A DNA stretch of 64,000 nt from Eledone cirrhosa (GCA_964016885.1 OZ024743.1:241862001-241926000); one strand, 5' to 3'. Shown: positions 38,702 through 51,960, numbered from the stretch's first letter. The notes: a model not told the origin generated them from the sequence alone. Program-made: numbers and translations.

Positions 38702-41413
38702 CACAGCAACAGTGACCACAGTAGTAATAACGGTAACAATACGAACAACAACAACAACAATAACCACAGTGGTAATAATGGAAATAGTACATGTAGCAAC
38801 ATCAACAAAAACAAGAAACATAATAATAGTAACAACCACAATGGTAGAAATAGCAGTAACAACAACAACAATAACGGTGAAGTAAACAACAATACATCTA
38901 GCAATCATAACAATAATAATATTAATGCTAAGGATAGAAACAACAACAACCACCATGATAACAATAATAGCAACACACACAACTATGACGATAGAAATAA
39001 CGACAACCCCTTAGAGAAACTATTTTTCAACCCAGCTGACAAAACATATAAGATGGGTAATATCTATCCTACGAGGTTACCCTTTAATAAAAGAGTTTGC
39101 ATACCACAACAAATAGATGACGAGACGGAGGCACAGTTCACCATAGCTAGAAATAAGATTAGACAAGTAGTAGACAGGTACACTATGAGACAGAGCAGAC
39201 CAGAGGCCCAACAACTTGGGATAAAACCTGTAGAAGGCTTGGTTAGCCTCAAGCAGCGCACAAGGGATGGTGAGGTAGTGTGTCTACCCACAGATAAGTC
39301 TGGTAGGATGTCAATAGATAGCATGCCGAACTACATCGAGGCAATGCAACCCCACATCACCAACACGAGCGAAGTTGCACAACTAACACACGATGGGAGA
39401 GAAAAAATCCTCAACGCTCACATGATGATGTGGACTGACATCCTAAAGCCAAGCAGACGCACTGCCAACAACTTCCAGGCGTCTAACAATGGCATACCAC
39501 CCTTGTATGGGCTCCGCAAAGACCACAAGACAGTCGACGACCCGACAATAGGACCACCAACAAGACCTGTATGCGGAGCTAATATAGCTAGCAACTACAG
39601 GATCTCCTACTTCCTCTCAATGGTTATACGCCCCATAATCAAGATGTCCCCAGATGTATGTGAAAGTACAGAGGACCTCCTCAGCAGAATCAGTGAGTGC
39701 AACAAAAACAGGAGCCTATCCAACTGCATAATAGGCAGCATGGATGTGGTGTCACTGTACCCATCCATTAACATTGATTTTGCTGTGAAAAGATGTGTGG
39801 AGATGATCATTGAGAGTGAGGTGGAGTTCTGCGACGTCGACACAGACGAACTGGGCCTCCTACTTAGACTTACCTACGACACTGACTACCTAGACAGCCA
39901 TGACCTTAGATGTTTCTGCCCTAGTAGACCTATAAGAGGTAGACCCCCCACCATAACCTCAATGGCTAAAAAGACTCCCATAGGAAGGTGGATTGGGTGG
40001 ACCAAAGCTATACGGACCCCCCAAAACACTGATCAGGTAAGAAAAATGGTCGCACATGCAATAGGGGCTAGTATCAAAACTACCCTAAAGGGCCACATAT
40101 TTAAGTTCAATGAGAAAATCTACACCCAAAATGAGGGAGCAGCCATCGGCGTCAGCATAGCTGGCGATGTTGCCAACCTTTTCATGGTATGGTGGGAAAG
40201 GAGACTTAAAGATCTCCTTAATGAAAGCTCCATAGACCTCATCATGTACTCTCGTTATGTAGACGATATCAATATAGTTATAAGAACACCCCCACTAGAG
40301 AGCACTAACAAGTTTGATTTAGAACGTAGCACGATGGAAAGCATCCAGCAGATAGCTAATTCCATACACCAGAGTATAACTGTAACTATAGACTTCCCTT
40401 CCAAACACCCTAACAATAGACTACCTGTATTAGACACAGAACTCTGGATTAACACTATAGACGAGAGAGCCCAAATTCTCCACTCACACTATGCTAAACC
40501 CATGGCCTCCAAATACCTGATACTCAAAAACTCAGCAATGTCCAGTAGTGCTAAGTTTAATATTCTGATCGCAGATTTGGTACGAGTGATGAAGAATGTG
40601 TCCAGCATGTGCGACCCAACAGAAATGGAAGGACACATCCAACACTTCATCAACCGCATGCAGTTCTCTGGCTACAACCAAAGAGACAGAGTCAGAGTAT
40701 ACGAAGGAGCCATGGAAAAGTATAAGACCCTCATAGAACTGGACATGAAAGGAATTTGCCCACTATACAGGAGCAAATCATGGAATAGCTTAGATAGGGC
40801 TAGACATAAGATAGGGAAGGCCACATCATGGTACGACAACCAGAGATATCAGAGTGTCATGTTTGTGGACGCCACCCCTGGAGGGAAATTAGCTAACCAG
40901 TGTAGAAAGGCCCTGAGAAAGACCCACTTAAAAATAAAGGTGGTAGAAAAGCCAGGAACCACCATAAAATCCCTGATCAGCAAAACCTACCCTTTTAAGA
41001 AAACCCACTGTACCAATAGGAAATGTATCATATGTAAGGTGAACCCCCGGATAAACTGTAAAACTAGAAACGTAGTCTATAGCATAAGATGTACAGAGGG
41101 TACTTGCAGAAACACGACAACAACATACATAGGTGAGACAGCTCGTAGCATAGGTGAAAGGATAGACCAACACTGGGGGGAACTAAAAGGACGAAAAAAC
41201 GGGTCAGTACTATACGAACATGCTAGACAACATCATGGCGGTAACATAGACAACATAGAAATTAGAATAATATCTAAACATAGGAATGACCCAGCAGATA
41301 GGCAAATCAGAGAGGCCAGTGAAATAGAAATTAGAAGACCAAAGCTAAACAGAAAGAATGAGTGGAACAACAACAACACCCAAACAAACAACACTGACCT
41401 AAGAGAAGTATAA
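38702..41413 (+). CDS. Inverted copy of the PLE RT-GIY-YIG ORF (N-terminally truncated)
   Basis: Same protein sequence as 35338-38049. The first ~16 codons of the 919-aa track ORF come from the junction. Confidence 0.85.
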   Translation, partial: HSNSDHSSNNGNNTNNNNNNNHSGNNGNSTCSNINKNKKHNNSNNHNGRNSSNNNNNNGEVNNNTSSNHNNNNINAKDRNNNNHHDNNNSNTHNYDDRNNDNPLEKLFFNPADKTYKMGNIYPTRLPFNKRVCIPQQIDDETEAQFTIARNKIRQVVDRYTMRQSRPEAQQLGIKPVEGLVSLKQRTRDGEVVCLPTDKSGRMSIDSMPNYIEAMQPHITNTSEVAQLTHDGREKILNAHMMMWTDILKPSRRTANNFQASNNGIPPLYGLRKDHKTVDDPTIGPPTRPVCGANIASNYRISYFLSMVIRPIIKMSPDVCESTEDLLSRISECNKNRSLSNCIIGSMDVVSLYPSINIDFAVKRCVEMIIESEVEFCDVDTDELGLLLRLTYDTDYLDSHDLRCFCPSRPIRGRPPTITSMAKKTPIGRWIGWTKAIRTPQNTDQVRKMVAHAIGASIKTTLKGHIFKFNEKIYTQNEGAAIGVSIAGDVANLFMVWWERRLKDLLNESSIDLIMYSRYVDDINIVIRTPPLESTNKFDLERSTMESIQQIANSIHQSITVTIDFPSKHPNNRLPVLDTELWINTIDERAQILHSHYAKPMASKYLILKNSAMSSSAKFNILIADLVRVMKNVSSMCDPTEMEGHIQHFINRMQFSGYNQRDRVRVYEGAMEKYKTLIELDMKGICPLYRSKSWNSLDRARHKIGKATSWYDNQRYQSVMFVDATPGGKLANQCRKALRKTHLKIKVVEKPGTTIKSLISKTYPFKKTHCTNRKCIICKVNPRINCKTRNVVYSIRCTEGTCRNTTTTYIGETARSIGERIDQHWGELKGRKNGSVLYEHARQHHGGNIDNIEIRIISKHRNDPADRQIREASEIEIRRPKLNRKNEWNNNNTQTNNTDLREV

Positions 41414-41674
41414 ATAAATAAGTAAATTAAATTAAATAAAATAAGATAAATAAATACATACACAAGCACATAAACACACACTAGTCACCCAGCAGACACA
41501 ACACTATACACACTAGTCACACATAACACTATACACACACGCAAACGCATGCGCAAAGAAGACAAAATAAAATAAGATAAACAAACAAGCAAATAAATAA
41601 ATAAATAAATATATAGACAGACTGAACAAAAAAAATGGCGTAGACATACAACACAACAGGAGGAACAATGAATA

Positions 41675-41720
41675 TAACACCACTGACGATGTTGCAGATG
41701 TGCAACGAAAGATTTATGTA
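41675..41720 (+). ncRNA. Hammerhead core in the PLE pLTR (mirror at ~35030-35075; paralog at ~50682-50716)
   Basis: CTGACGA-t-gttgca(gatg)tgcaac-GAAA has a perfect 6-bp stem II. Stems I and III are not obvious by eye. Confidence 0.6.
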
Positions 41721-41986
41721 AACTATATATATATGTGTTTGTCTATATTGTATCTGTATTATTTTTGACCGCCGGTCAGTCAATGGCAACATTGAGGACC
41801 GAGTAAGTTAGATCGCAGATATATATATATAAAAGACAGCGAGAAGCGAAAACCAACCAAACAGTGAGTGTGTTCTGTTATTAATTCTGGCAATATTACG
41901 CAAATATGACCCTCCCCAAATATAACAATATCTGTTTCGACACACGATTTCATATAAAAAACCTCGCAAAACTAATTCATCGCCTT

Positions 41987-42017
<31 letters not shown>

Positions 42018-42020
42018 ATT

Positions 42021-42076
<56 letters not shown>

Positions 42077-42086
42077 TATATATATA

Positions 42087-42270
<184 letters not shown>

Positions 42271-42311
42271 GTTTTTGTTACAATAATCAAATTAAATTAA
42301 TTCAACAGTTA

Positions 42312-42820
42312 AACACACATAGGAGTAATAAGGTTGTACCAAAGAGCCAGAAGATTGACAAGTCGACCCTAAATATGATTAGTAGCTCTAGGAAAGCCAT
42401 GAACGACAGCACATCTTTTAAACTTTGATTTTAAATGTAGGTTTATAATTATTAATTTTCATTTTACTTTTGTAGCTGTCTCGGTGGCCCAGTTGGAGAA
42501 ATAATAGACGGTGGTGATCCTGTTCGGGAGTAGGGTTCGCTGCAAATATTTTCAGTTTTTTCCTATGGGATGTAAAATGAAAGCTAAAAAGATTACATGA
42601 ACTTCTCGACCCGGATTGAACCCAAGACCAGGATTTCGCCCGTCTCTAGTACCTACCACTAGTCCACCGAGACAGCTACGTAAATCGATTTAAAATTCCT
42701 ACTTATAAACCTACTTTCAAAATGTTCAATACAAAATGAAGTCTTTCTTAATGTTATTGCTCCTACTTAAGGTCGACTTCTAAATCATTTGAGTGTTGCA
42801 TAAACTACATCATCGTGTTG
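42312..42820. mobile_element. MITE-like element with long imperfect inverted repeats
   Basis: Paired blocks aagtcgacc/ggtcgactt, gtaggtttataa/ttataaacctac and gtagctgtctcggtgg/ccaccgagacagctac. An empty-site paralog lies at ~34380-34525. Confidence 0.65.
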
Positions 42821-42929
42821 GTTCTCATCTATCTAGACTATATTTTAAACTGTAATCCATGTTTCATTTCTGTTGCACCTCATTCCTTCCCCAAACCCCC
42901 ACGCACCCCATCTCTCTCTCCCTCTCTCC

Positions 42930-42979
<50 letters not shown>

Positions 42980-43299
42980 ATCTCTATCTCTCTCTATCTC
43001 TATCTCTCTCCCTCTCTCTCTCTCTTTCTCTCTCTCTCACTCTCTCTCTCTCTCTCTCCGTAATATTTGAATCTCTCTCTATATATATATATACAGTGGC
43101 GGTCTAAGAATATTGGTTGTCAGGAGATGAAGGGGGCCCACCTACATATGAAATGCTATCATTTAATTTTTATAATGAATAAATAACATTTTCAAAAAAT
43201 ACTTAAGTGGAAACAAAACAGTGCAATCAAGTTTTTGCGGAAAAATATCTTACCTTCTCCAATAAAAATTATTATGTATTTTGCGAAATGCAGAGACTT

Positions 43300-43405
43300 T
43301 CAATAATTGTTTCTACTTTAGGCACAAGACCAGCAATTACCCAGTGCATTACTGGTACTTTTATTTTATCGACCCCGTAAGGATGAAAGGCAAAGTCAAC
43401 CTCCT
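43300..43405 (-). mobile_element. tRNA-derived SINE, 3' part
   Basis: aattgtttctac...ctggtacttttattttatcgaccccgtaaggatgaaaggcaaagtcaacct, same family as 26330-26515. Confidence 0.7.
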
Positions 43406-43809
43406 TTCAATAATGACCTTTGGTCTTTCACACTTATGTGTAGTCCACCATAATCAAATCTCCATCGCAGGCAAGACTTCACTGATATTTCCTTATCTAT
43501 CACCCTCCTTTACTAAGTCCAACGGTGATTAGACAATGAGGACAGGAGCAGGTTTTGATGAAACTGGACATTTTTAGTCTGGACCAGCAAGTCAGCGACA
43601 GATGCGTGATTGTCGCCTTTCAGGAATATGTGACTCCTAAGAATTCCCGTTCTACTTCTGTGTCTGTGCAGATCTATATAGGAACACCACTGGCCACCCC
43701 AAATAAAGAAAACCCTAGAAATTGTGAACTAAAAAACAGAGGTCTAGAGAAACCTTGCTGGTTAACTACACGGTGTCGAAATGACATAACATTTCTCAAT
43801 CGCACAACT

Positions 43810-44330
43810 CTTATGAAAATAGGAATTTGAAATATCAGAACATCTCTCCATCTAAATGAAAATATCAGCCGGTATGAAAGATGAAGCTCAACCAACGTGG
43901 CTAAGAACTGTCTAAAATGAATATGTTTTTGCCTTAAGACAAAACTATAAGAAGGCAAAATTGAAAACTCTGATTCAGGCTACACTATTGCTTGGAATGG
44001 AAAGGAAGTAGGAGTACGTTGTTCACTTGGAGTTGGTTTCGCTGTAAAGTCAAGGCTAGTGAAGGACTATTAACACACCCGAACAGCCATTGTTACTTTC
44101 AACCCCACATATGCACCTATTCTCGACGCCGATGAAGATGTTAAAAACAAAACATGTTCCTCTTGCCTCATAATTTTAATGCCAGTATCGGAAACAGCTA
44201 CCTCCTGTGAGAGAACGTCATGGGGAAGCATGGTATTGGAACCAGCAATGTAAATTACTCTTGTTACTCCTGGCTCCAAAACCTCTTTAAAACTATATGG
44301 ATACACCTACAACCTAAGCCTTTACATATA
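43810..44330 (+). pseudogene. RTE-clade LINE APE endonuclease fragment
   Basis: MKIGI*NIRT, GYTIAWNG, GVGFAVKSRL, YAP and NFNASIG...VMGKHGIG across shifted frames. Confidence 0.7.
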
Positions 44331-44370
44331 TGTGAGACAACACAGCAATCATAGAGACGAGGGAAAACAA

Positions 44371-44720
44371 TTATTTACAATACCAGTTTCAGCAGTAAAA
44401 TGCATTTTCAATTGCGGATGTGCAGAATATTGTTAAGTTGTATATTTGTACAAATAGTGAAAATAATGATAACAAAAAAAAATATAGAGAGGGGGAGAAA
44501 AGTTAATTTTCACATACGCAGAGAAGGATGGACAGACAAATTGACTTTCTTCTCTGAAGGAACGCGTATGTAAAAGTTAACTTTTCTCCCCCTCACTATG
44601 CTTTTTTTTTTTTTGTCATTATCATTATTTTCACTATTTGTACAAATATGCAACTTAACAATATTCTGCATATCCGCAATTGACAATGCATTAAATGCTG
44701 AAACCGGTATTGTAAATAAA
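44371..44720. mobile_element. Fold-back PLE pLTR element with a U3:A8 hammerhead in each arm
   Basis: Inverted arms 44371-44519 and ~44563-44720. Plus arm 44676-44713 reads gcaa-TTGACAA-tgca(ttaaa)tgct-GAAA-ccgg-TA-ttgt. Confidence 0.65.
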
Positions 44721-44849
44721 TTAATGCTTTGAAATTTCACTAAAAAATCTCTTTAACGTTTTCTACTGAAAAAAATATTTTTCCTTTCTACTATTTGTTT
44801 TTATATATATCAACTTGTGTGTTACCTTTCTACATTCGATATATATACG

Positions 44850-47800
44850 GAGAGTCAGATGGAAGGCCTACCACCTGCATAAGAACACCCGTAACCTTCC
44901 TTAACCTAAAGAGAGGTATGGCTTCAAAACATACGGAAACCCACCGCACAACACCTTACTAGACTTCTTTGAAGAGGACCTGCTGAAAATGATCAGAAAC
45001 GTTAAGTTCAGAAAGAAACACCGATGCAGCAATCCATTCTTAACGTCCCTTGATACATTCATCACTAAGATCAAGAATGACCCGCACCTCTTCGTCACCT
45101 CCGACAAAACCAAGAAGCTGTACAAGATGGACGCGGGCAAGTATAAACATTCATTTATAAGGAACTACACAAAGACTACAAAAAGACACCCTTTAGTACC
45201 CTAAATGACATAAATAGAGTAGGGAAGGATATAGTTACCAACTTAGAAATAGAAAAGTACACTAACCCGTACGTCCCTCTGACGCCTAGATTCTCTATTA
45301 AGGATCACAAATGTAACTTTAATCAAAGCCCCTCTATTAGACTAATATGTCCCTCTACATCTAATATAGGTAAGATTAGTAAAGTGATCCTCAATAGAGT
45401 ACTACTGGAGCTTAATAGAAAGGCTAAGGTCTGCCTCTGGGGCAACACCGACCAGGTCATAAATTGGTTCACCGAGTTGCCTGATAAAGCGACCCTGAAG
45501 TTCATCCAGTTTGACATAGATAGTTACTACGCCTCTATCTCCCCCATACTCTTAAATAAGGCACTCATATTAGCTAAATCTAACACTAGCCTCACTAAAA
45601 AAGAAATAGACATAGTTCTAGCGGCGCGTAGAACCATTATCCAGTTCGAAGGCTCCCACTGGACCAGAACCAACCGTCCTGATAACTTCGATATCACGAT
45701 GGAGTCCAGCGACTCAGTGCAAGCAACTGACCTGATCGGAATATGCCTCCTCCATAAGCTTAGGGACGAGATACCGGCCGTACAAGGAGGTGTGTATATA
45801 GGGACGACGTTCTGTTTACCGTTAGGAACCATAGCTCTCGTAGGATAGAGAACCTTAACAAGCATATACACAGGTTCTTCAAGTCATACGGCCTATCCGT
45901 AACTATAGACCTCAACCACCAGGTTGTCAACTTCCTGGACGTGACCCTGGAGTTGAGTACGGGCCTATACAAGCTATACCATAAGCCTGGAGAGTGCCTT
46001 TCTTATATTAATTATGCCTCCAACCACCCTAAGCAGACTCTCAACTCCATAGTCTATAGCATCTCACATAGAATCTCAAGGCTCTCCTCCAATGCGGATA
46101 TCTTCAACCAAGCGGCAGATTACTACAATAGGGCCTTGATAAGTGCCGGCTTTAACCGAGGAATTTCCTACATCCTTAACGCTAGCTCTAGCAACCACTC
46201 CCCTCATAAGACGAACGTTATAGTAAGCCATACCTATAACCGATCACGCGGCGACTTAGTAGGAGTCGGATATAATAGTATAGATAATCGCACTAAGGAA
46301 CACGGCCGCATCGTTAATTACACTGGCGATGGTATAGGAAGCTTACTACACAATAAAGATCACGATCCCGGTGACAGCGATCACTATAGCCTATTCGAAT
46401 TATTCCCCTACTATAAAATCAACAAAGGCGACGGCCTACCAACATCTTGCTGTACATATACATGGAAGAAGGAAGAATAGTGCACCTGAGCATAAAATGA
46501 AAGGGGCACATGACGGGCTACAGCGCATTAACATGCATAAGAACGGTCACCTTGATGGAACCACCCGTAGCAAATGTACAAGGACACGTAATCGCCACCG
46601 TAACATCATATGGTTCCCCCCCACCCCCTACTCTCGGAATGTGGCCTCCAACATACCCCGGATATTCTTCGAAGCCTTAGAGAAGAACTTCCCGCCCAAC
46701 CATAGGTATAGAAAAATCCTTAATAGGAACAATATAAAAATATCCTTCTCTACTACTCCTAACCTAGCAGACATCATAGGAACAACGAACCACAGTAAGA
46801 TCACCAAGACACAGCACCTTAGCACAGACGCACCGACACCTGACAATAACTATATCGGCCTTAACGACTCCCTAGCAGCATCCAATAGTGCTGGCAACGG
46901 CATCCGCAGACGCAACCAGAATGACCGCGACTTGACTGGGGAACATGCAGGGCATGACGTGCGGAATAATAATCGTACCACCCCGCGCACTGTGGGTTAT
47001 AATGGTACTAATGAAAGGTGCGGGAGCGTAGATAACAACGTAGATAGCAATAATGATAGCCTTACCGTGGGAATTAGAAAGAACCGCGACAGAAATTGCA
47101 ACTGCCGCGACAGGGGACGCTGTCCCCTTAGAGGATACTGCTTGACTGATAGGGTTATATATAGGTGCACTGTAACTAGCCACAATAGCGTTAAACATTA
47201 TATAGGGGCTACCTCTGGCCCGTTCAAAATTAGATTTCGAACACATCTCTACTCTTTCACAAATAAAAAACTAAGACACTCCACTTCGCTCGCGGACTAC
47301 ATCACATCATTAAAAAACTGAAACATCAGCTTCTCCACGCACTGGGATATTGTCGGCAGGGCTGCACCGTACAACTTCAAGAGGAAGTGCGATATTTGCC
47401 TCATGGAGCTCTACCACATCATAATTGCACCCCAGGAGCTCATCAACAGCAGAGCTGAAACGACGATAGGCTGTACACATCGCTTAAAAATATCCTTCTT
47501 CATATGGGATAAGGGTGAGGAGTGAAACCGTGTACCGAGTCTCCCTGCAGCAAGCTTTAACACCCCGGCGGGCAGGCGCTGCAAAAAAAAAACATCCAGG
47601 AAACTAACCATGCATCCCAGACCCAGCTCCAAATGACCCAGGTGGGCAGGTGCAGCAAAGAAACGTCTCAAAATAAGCGTTGATTACCTGACCCTGTGCG
47701 TATCGACAATGGTAAGGTTGTAACCACATCTTGTAACGGATAAAAAATTTGTCCGGGAAAGACTGCCCTAACACCGGCCAGAGTTACCTCCCTTGACCTA

Positions 47801-48003
47801 CTGCAAAATCAAAACACATTTTTATTTGCGAAAAATGAACTATGACGTGAACTTAACCCCCAAAACACTTTCTGAGCAATGTAAGGAACACTTTTAGTTA
47901 TTTATGCCCTTGAAAAGCCCAACTGGGCGAAACGTACGTACGTAGGTGCTGTTTTAAATAATCATCTATTAACTGTCTGTTCTCCGAGTTTTTACTTTTC
48001 CAC

Positions 48004-48005
<2 letters not shown>
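44850..48005 (+). mobile_element. Naiad-type PLE, degenerate
   Basis: TSDKTKKLY, FIQFDIDSYYASI, FDITMESSDSVQATDLIG, YRDD (shifted frame), IIWFPPTPYS, CNCRDRGRCPL and VIYRC...YIGATSGPFKIRF. The 3' UTR carries an HHR and ends in (TA)n. Confidence 0.9.
47905..47950 (+). ncRNA. Type I hammerhead ribozyme with a U3:A8 covariant core
   Basis: gccc-TTGAAAA-gccc(aact)gggc-GAAA-cgtacgtacg-TA-ggtgc. Confidence 0.72.
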
Positions 48006-48064
<59 letters not shown>

Positions 48065-48124
48065 TATACTTGTGTATATATATATATTTCTTTTCAATAT
48101 ATATATATATATTTAACATTAATT

Positions 48125-49960
48125 CATCTGTTCCAAACCTTAAAGGTGGTTTATATCGTGATGACTGTCTTCTTCTTTCGACTAATCTTAGCCTTTCGGA
48201 AATTGAAAAAAATAAAAAAACTTATTAGAACTTTCCTCAAAGACTATTACAATCTCGCTATTACATTTGAAAACACCAGTAAAATAGTCAATTTCCTAGA
48301 TATGACTTTAGACCTGTCTACGGGTATCTACCAACCTTACCATAAACCTAACCAAAACTTACATTACATACACTCACAATCCAATCACCCTAGATCTATC
48401 CTTAAAAACCTAGCATATAATATCTCACTCAGAATCTCTAACCATTCATCTAACCAGGGTGTATTCGATGAAAACGCGCCCTTTTATAACGAAGCTTTAG
48501 CTAGAATCGGCCACAAAAACAAATTAGTCTATATAACTTGAACCAATAATACTTCAAACATACAACCCAATATTACCAACAAACACCAAATGAAAAACCC
48601 ACACCTAAATTCCAATCATACTACACCCAAAAATACCAACTTAAAACTTAATTTCTCTACCTCTTCTCACATAAAATAATGACTTTCAAAAAACCATCCA
48701 TCCTAATACTCCAATAACATAGTATATAAATGTAAAATTAACACTAAGGACTCAACTTATTCATATATAGGAGCCCACGTCTAACTAATTTAAAGTAAGA
48801 TTTAATACCCACAAACATAGTTTTAAAAATGCCGCATTAGCTAATACAACATCCTTGGCTGAAATAATTAATAATTATAGAAAGAAGAATATCGATTACA
48901 ACCTGACCTGGAGTGTGCTCAAAAGAGCCACCCCTTATCAAAATAACAGATACGAGTGTAGGTTATGCTCCCAGGAACTTTTTGAAATCATTAAATCTAA
49001 GGATATCCTATTAAATAAGCGACAGGAATTAATTATATCTTGCAATCATAGAATTAGAAGAACCTTCAAATATTATAAACTTAATTAATATACACCTTAC
49101 ACTTATATTTTACATATTATTATAATTAGTTTTTTAAATTTAGTTAACCTATAATTAGTACTTAACTACAGAGAACTTCATAATTTTATTTCCCTCTTAC
49201 AGCTCTCTTTTTCTAAAATTAATACCTAAAAGTATACATATAAATTAATTTAATTTCCTGTTATGAATCTAGATTCCTTGTAGTTTATATAAGATTGGTA
49301 TTTCTAACTTATCCCAAAATTTTACTTTCCTTCGTTTTTAACAACACTCTTTAATGACATATAATTCTTATTTATCACATTCATATGAATTAATATAAAT
49401 TTATCCCTATAAGTATACCTATCAATTAATTTAATTTCTTGTTATAGATCTAGATTCCTTGTGGTTTACATAAGATTGGTATCTCTCACTAATACCCTTA
49501 CCCTAAAATTTTATTTTCCTTCGTTTTTAACATTATTCTTTAATAACATCAAATTTTCGTGTATCCTTCACTGGCTTGACCTCTTTTCATCCCCAAAGTA
49601 TTCTTTTCATTCAAAACATAAGTCTGCACACCTCTACCCCTAAATTAAATTTCTACTACCACTATTCTATCAACTTGACCTCTAACTACTTTCCTATTGG
49701 TCAATTCAAAACCTGTTCCCAAACAGACCTTTTATATTAAATCTTTGTTGTTGTTTTTTTCAATAAACAAATCTCATCATTTCTGAAGACAGCATGTATA
49801 TGTGAAGGTATGTATATTTCCTCTGATAACTTGTAATATTTTTACATAGATCTATATGATATACATACCAAAACTCATATACATCCTAGGAACGATCGTA
49901 AAATGATGAATATTTTAATATAAGGAACTTGTTCATTGTTTTTATTTGATTGTTTTTATT
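48125..49960 (+). mobile_element. Naiad-type PLE, same family as 16.2-19.5 kb, 5'-truncated with an internal deletion
   Basis: [31 protein letters not shown] and YECRLCSQELFEII. The 3' UTR is colinear with 18490-19420. Confidence 0.85.
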
Positions 49961-50003
49961 AATATATATATATATATATATATATTAATAAAAACAATCA
50001 AAT

Positions 50004-50095
<92 letters not shown>

Positions 50096-50415
50096 TTGAA
50101 AATACACACAAGTATAGACATATATATGAGGGACTCCGACAAATTGCAATTTAGTTCGATGAAGGAATTAATAAAAATCAATAATTCCGAGCATAATACA
50201 AATGAATTTGTAAATAAGTTAACTTATTTACATTTCCCAATTAATTTGTAAAGAAGAGATATTAATCTCGAAATATAAGGAAATATGAATAAATTAATCT
50301 AAAACAAACCTGTTTCTTGCGTTTTAAATTTTTCTCCGTCCAAACCTACATTGCCATAGCTTCCCAACTTCGAATTCATTATACCATATACAATGCTTCA
50401 AATAGACTACAACTT

Positions 50416-50470
<55 letters not shown>

Positions 50471-50475
<5 letters not shown>

Positions 50476-50941
50476 ATACTTGGGGAGGTCATATTATTGT
50501 AATAATATTGCCAGAAATAATAACAGAACACAAGAAAACACTCACTGTTTGGCTTTCGCTTCTGTATCTTTTATATCTCCCTAGTTAATTCATTTGGTCC
50601 TCAATGTTTATCATTGACTGACCAACGGTCAAAAATACAGATATAATATAGATATAAACACATATATATAGTCTAGCAAAGTTCTTTCGTTGCACATCTG
50701 CAACATCATCAGTGGTACTATTCTGTTCATCCTGTTGTATGTCTATGCCATTTTTATTTTATCTGTTTAAAATTAAAATAAATTAACTATGGAGATATAA
50801 AAGATACAGAAGCGAAAACCAACGAAACAGTGAGTGTGTTCTGTTATTATTTCTGGCAAAATTTTATTACAACAATATGACCCTCCCAAGTATAACAATA
50901 TTTGTTTCGACACACGATTTCATAACAAAAACCTCGCAAAG

Positions 50942-50945
<4 letters not shown>
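50471..50945. mobile_element. Non-coding fold-back derivative of the 35-42 kb PLE pLTR
   Basis: Inverted arms 50471-50590 and 50783-50900 homologous to 41820-41970. An HHR core lies on the minus strand at ~50682-50716, and both ends are in (TA)n. Confidence 0.75.
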
Positions 50946-51026
<81 letters not shown>

Positions 51027-51029
51027 AGA

Positions 51030-51960
51030 TCAAAAGATGGTTAAAGGAGTTCAATATATTTTATTATGCGCATTTCAAAAACAAACATCATCAAACAATA
51101 ATATTTGTGTTTTCATCAGATAAAACAGGAGAACATGATATGAAGGCTAAAAAAAACACTTGTTGATAGTGCAGTTTTAAATCAACATATGAAAAGTGGT
51201 TTTAGATTGATGTGTGATATTGGGAAAAATATTTTATTTAGAGAGGGGGGGAGAGAAAAGGATGAAAAGGGAAGGAGATGAGAGGGAGAGATGGGTGATA
51301 GAGAGAAAGAGATAGTTTTTATAACAGAGAGGAGATATATTTTATATAGAGGGGTTGAAAACCGTTGGAAGATACTGTATAAATTAAAAATTTTGAAAAT
51401 TAACGAAGGGAGGATATGTGTGAGGAAAAAATATATTATATTTAGGGAGGGGTGGGGGTGGAAAGGATGAAAAAAAAGGGGAGGAGATGAGAGTGAAGGT
51501 GGAAAGGGAGAGATGGGTGATAGAGAGAAAGAGATAGTTTTTATAACTGAGAAAAAGATATAATGTTTTAATATAGAGAGGTTGGGAACCGTTGGAAGAT
51601 AATGTATAAATTAAAGGAATTTGAAAATTAACGAAGGGAAATTATGTATGGAGATAGAGAGAAAAAAATAACGAAGGGAGATTATGTATGGAGATAGAGA
51701 GAAAAAAAAAATAATAATTGTGGGTGAATATTCAAAAGGAGAAATGTAGGAATTTTAAAATTAGCAAAGAGAAAAAGTTTATGTATAGGATTTGAGAAAA
51801 ATAATGTGAAGTTAGAGTTTTTATATTGAATTCATATGTATTAATAATGAGTTCGTTGATGGGGAGAAAAAAATAATAATAAATTAAGGATGAAATTGAG
51901 ATTAAAAAGATTTATGATAGAGAGAAAAAATAATAATGATTGCGGATGAATACTCAATAA
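51030..51960 (-). mobile_element. PLE 3' region with hammerhead (family of the 21.2-kb hairpin) and purine-biased tandem subrepeats
   Basis: Reverse complement of 51057-51126 reads tttat-CTGATGA...GAAA-tgcgca-TA-ataaaa. A ~220-bp duplication lies at 51283-51420 / 51505-51650. Confidence 0.55.

Larger units (their letters stand above)
34821..41987. mobile_element. Young Penelope-like element forming a ~7.1-kb palindrome
   Basis: Arms 34821-38049 and 38702-41930 (~3.23 kb each) are almost identical reverse complements around a ~650-bp spacer. Both ends lie in long (TA)n. Confidence 0.93.

Noticed and set aside
47319-47321. In-frame TGA in the third Naiad as selenocysteine
   Set aside because: It falls at a non-Cys variable position in an already frameshifted copy, and is consistent with a CGA>TGA change.
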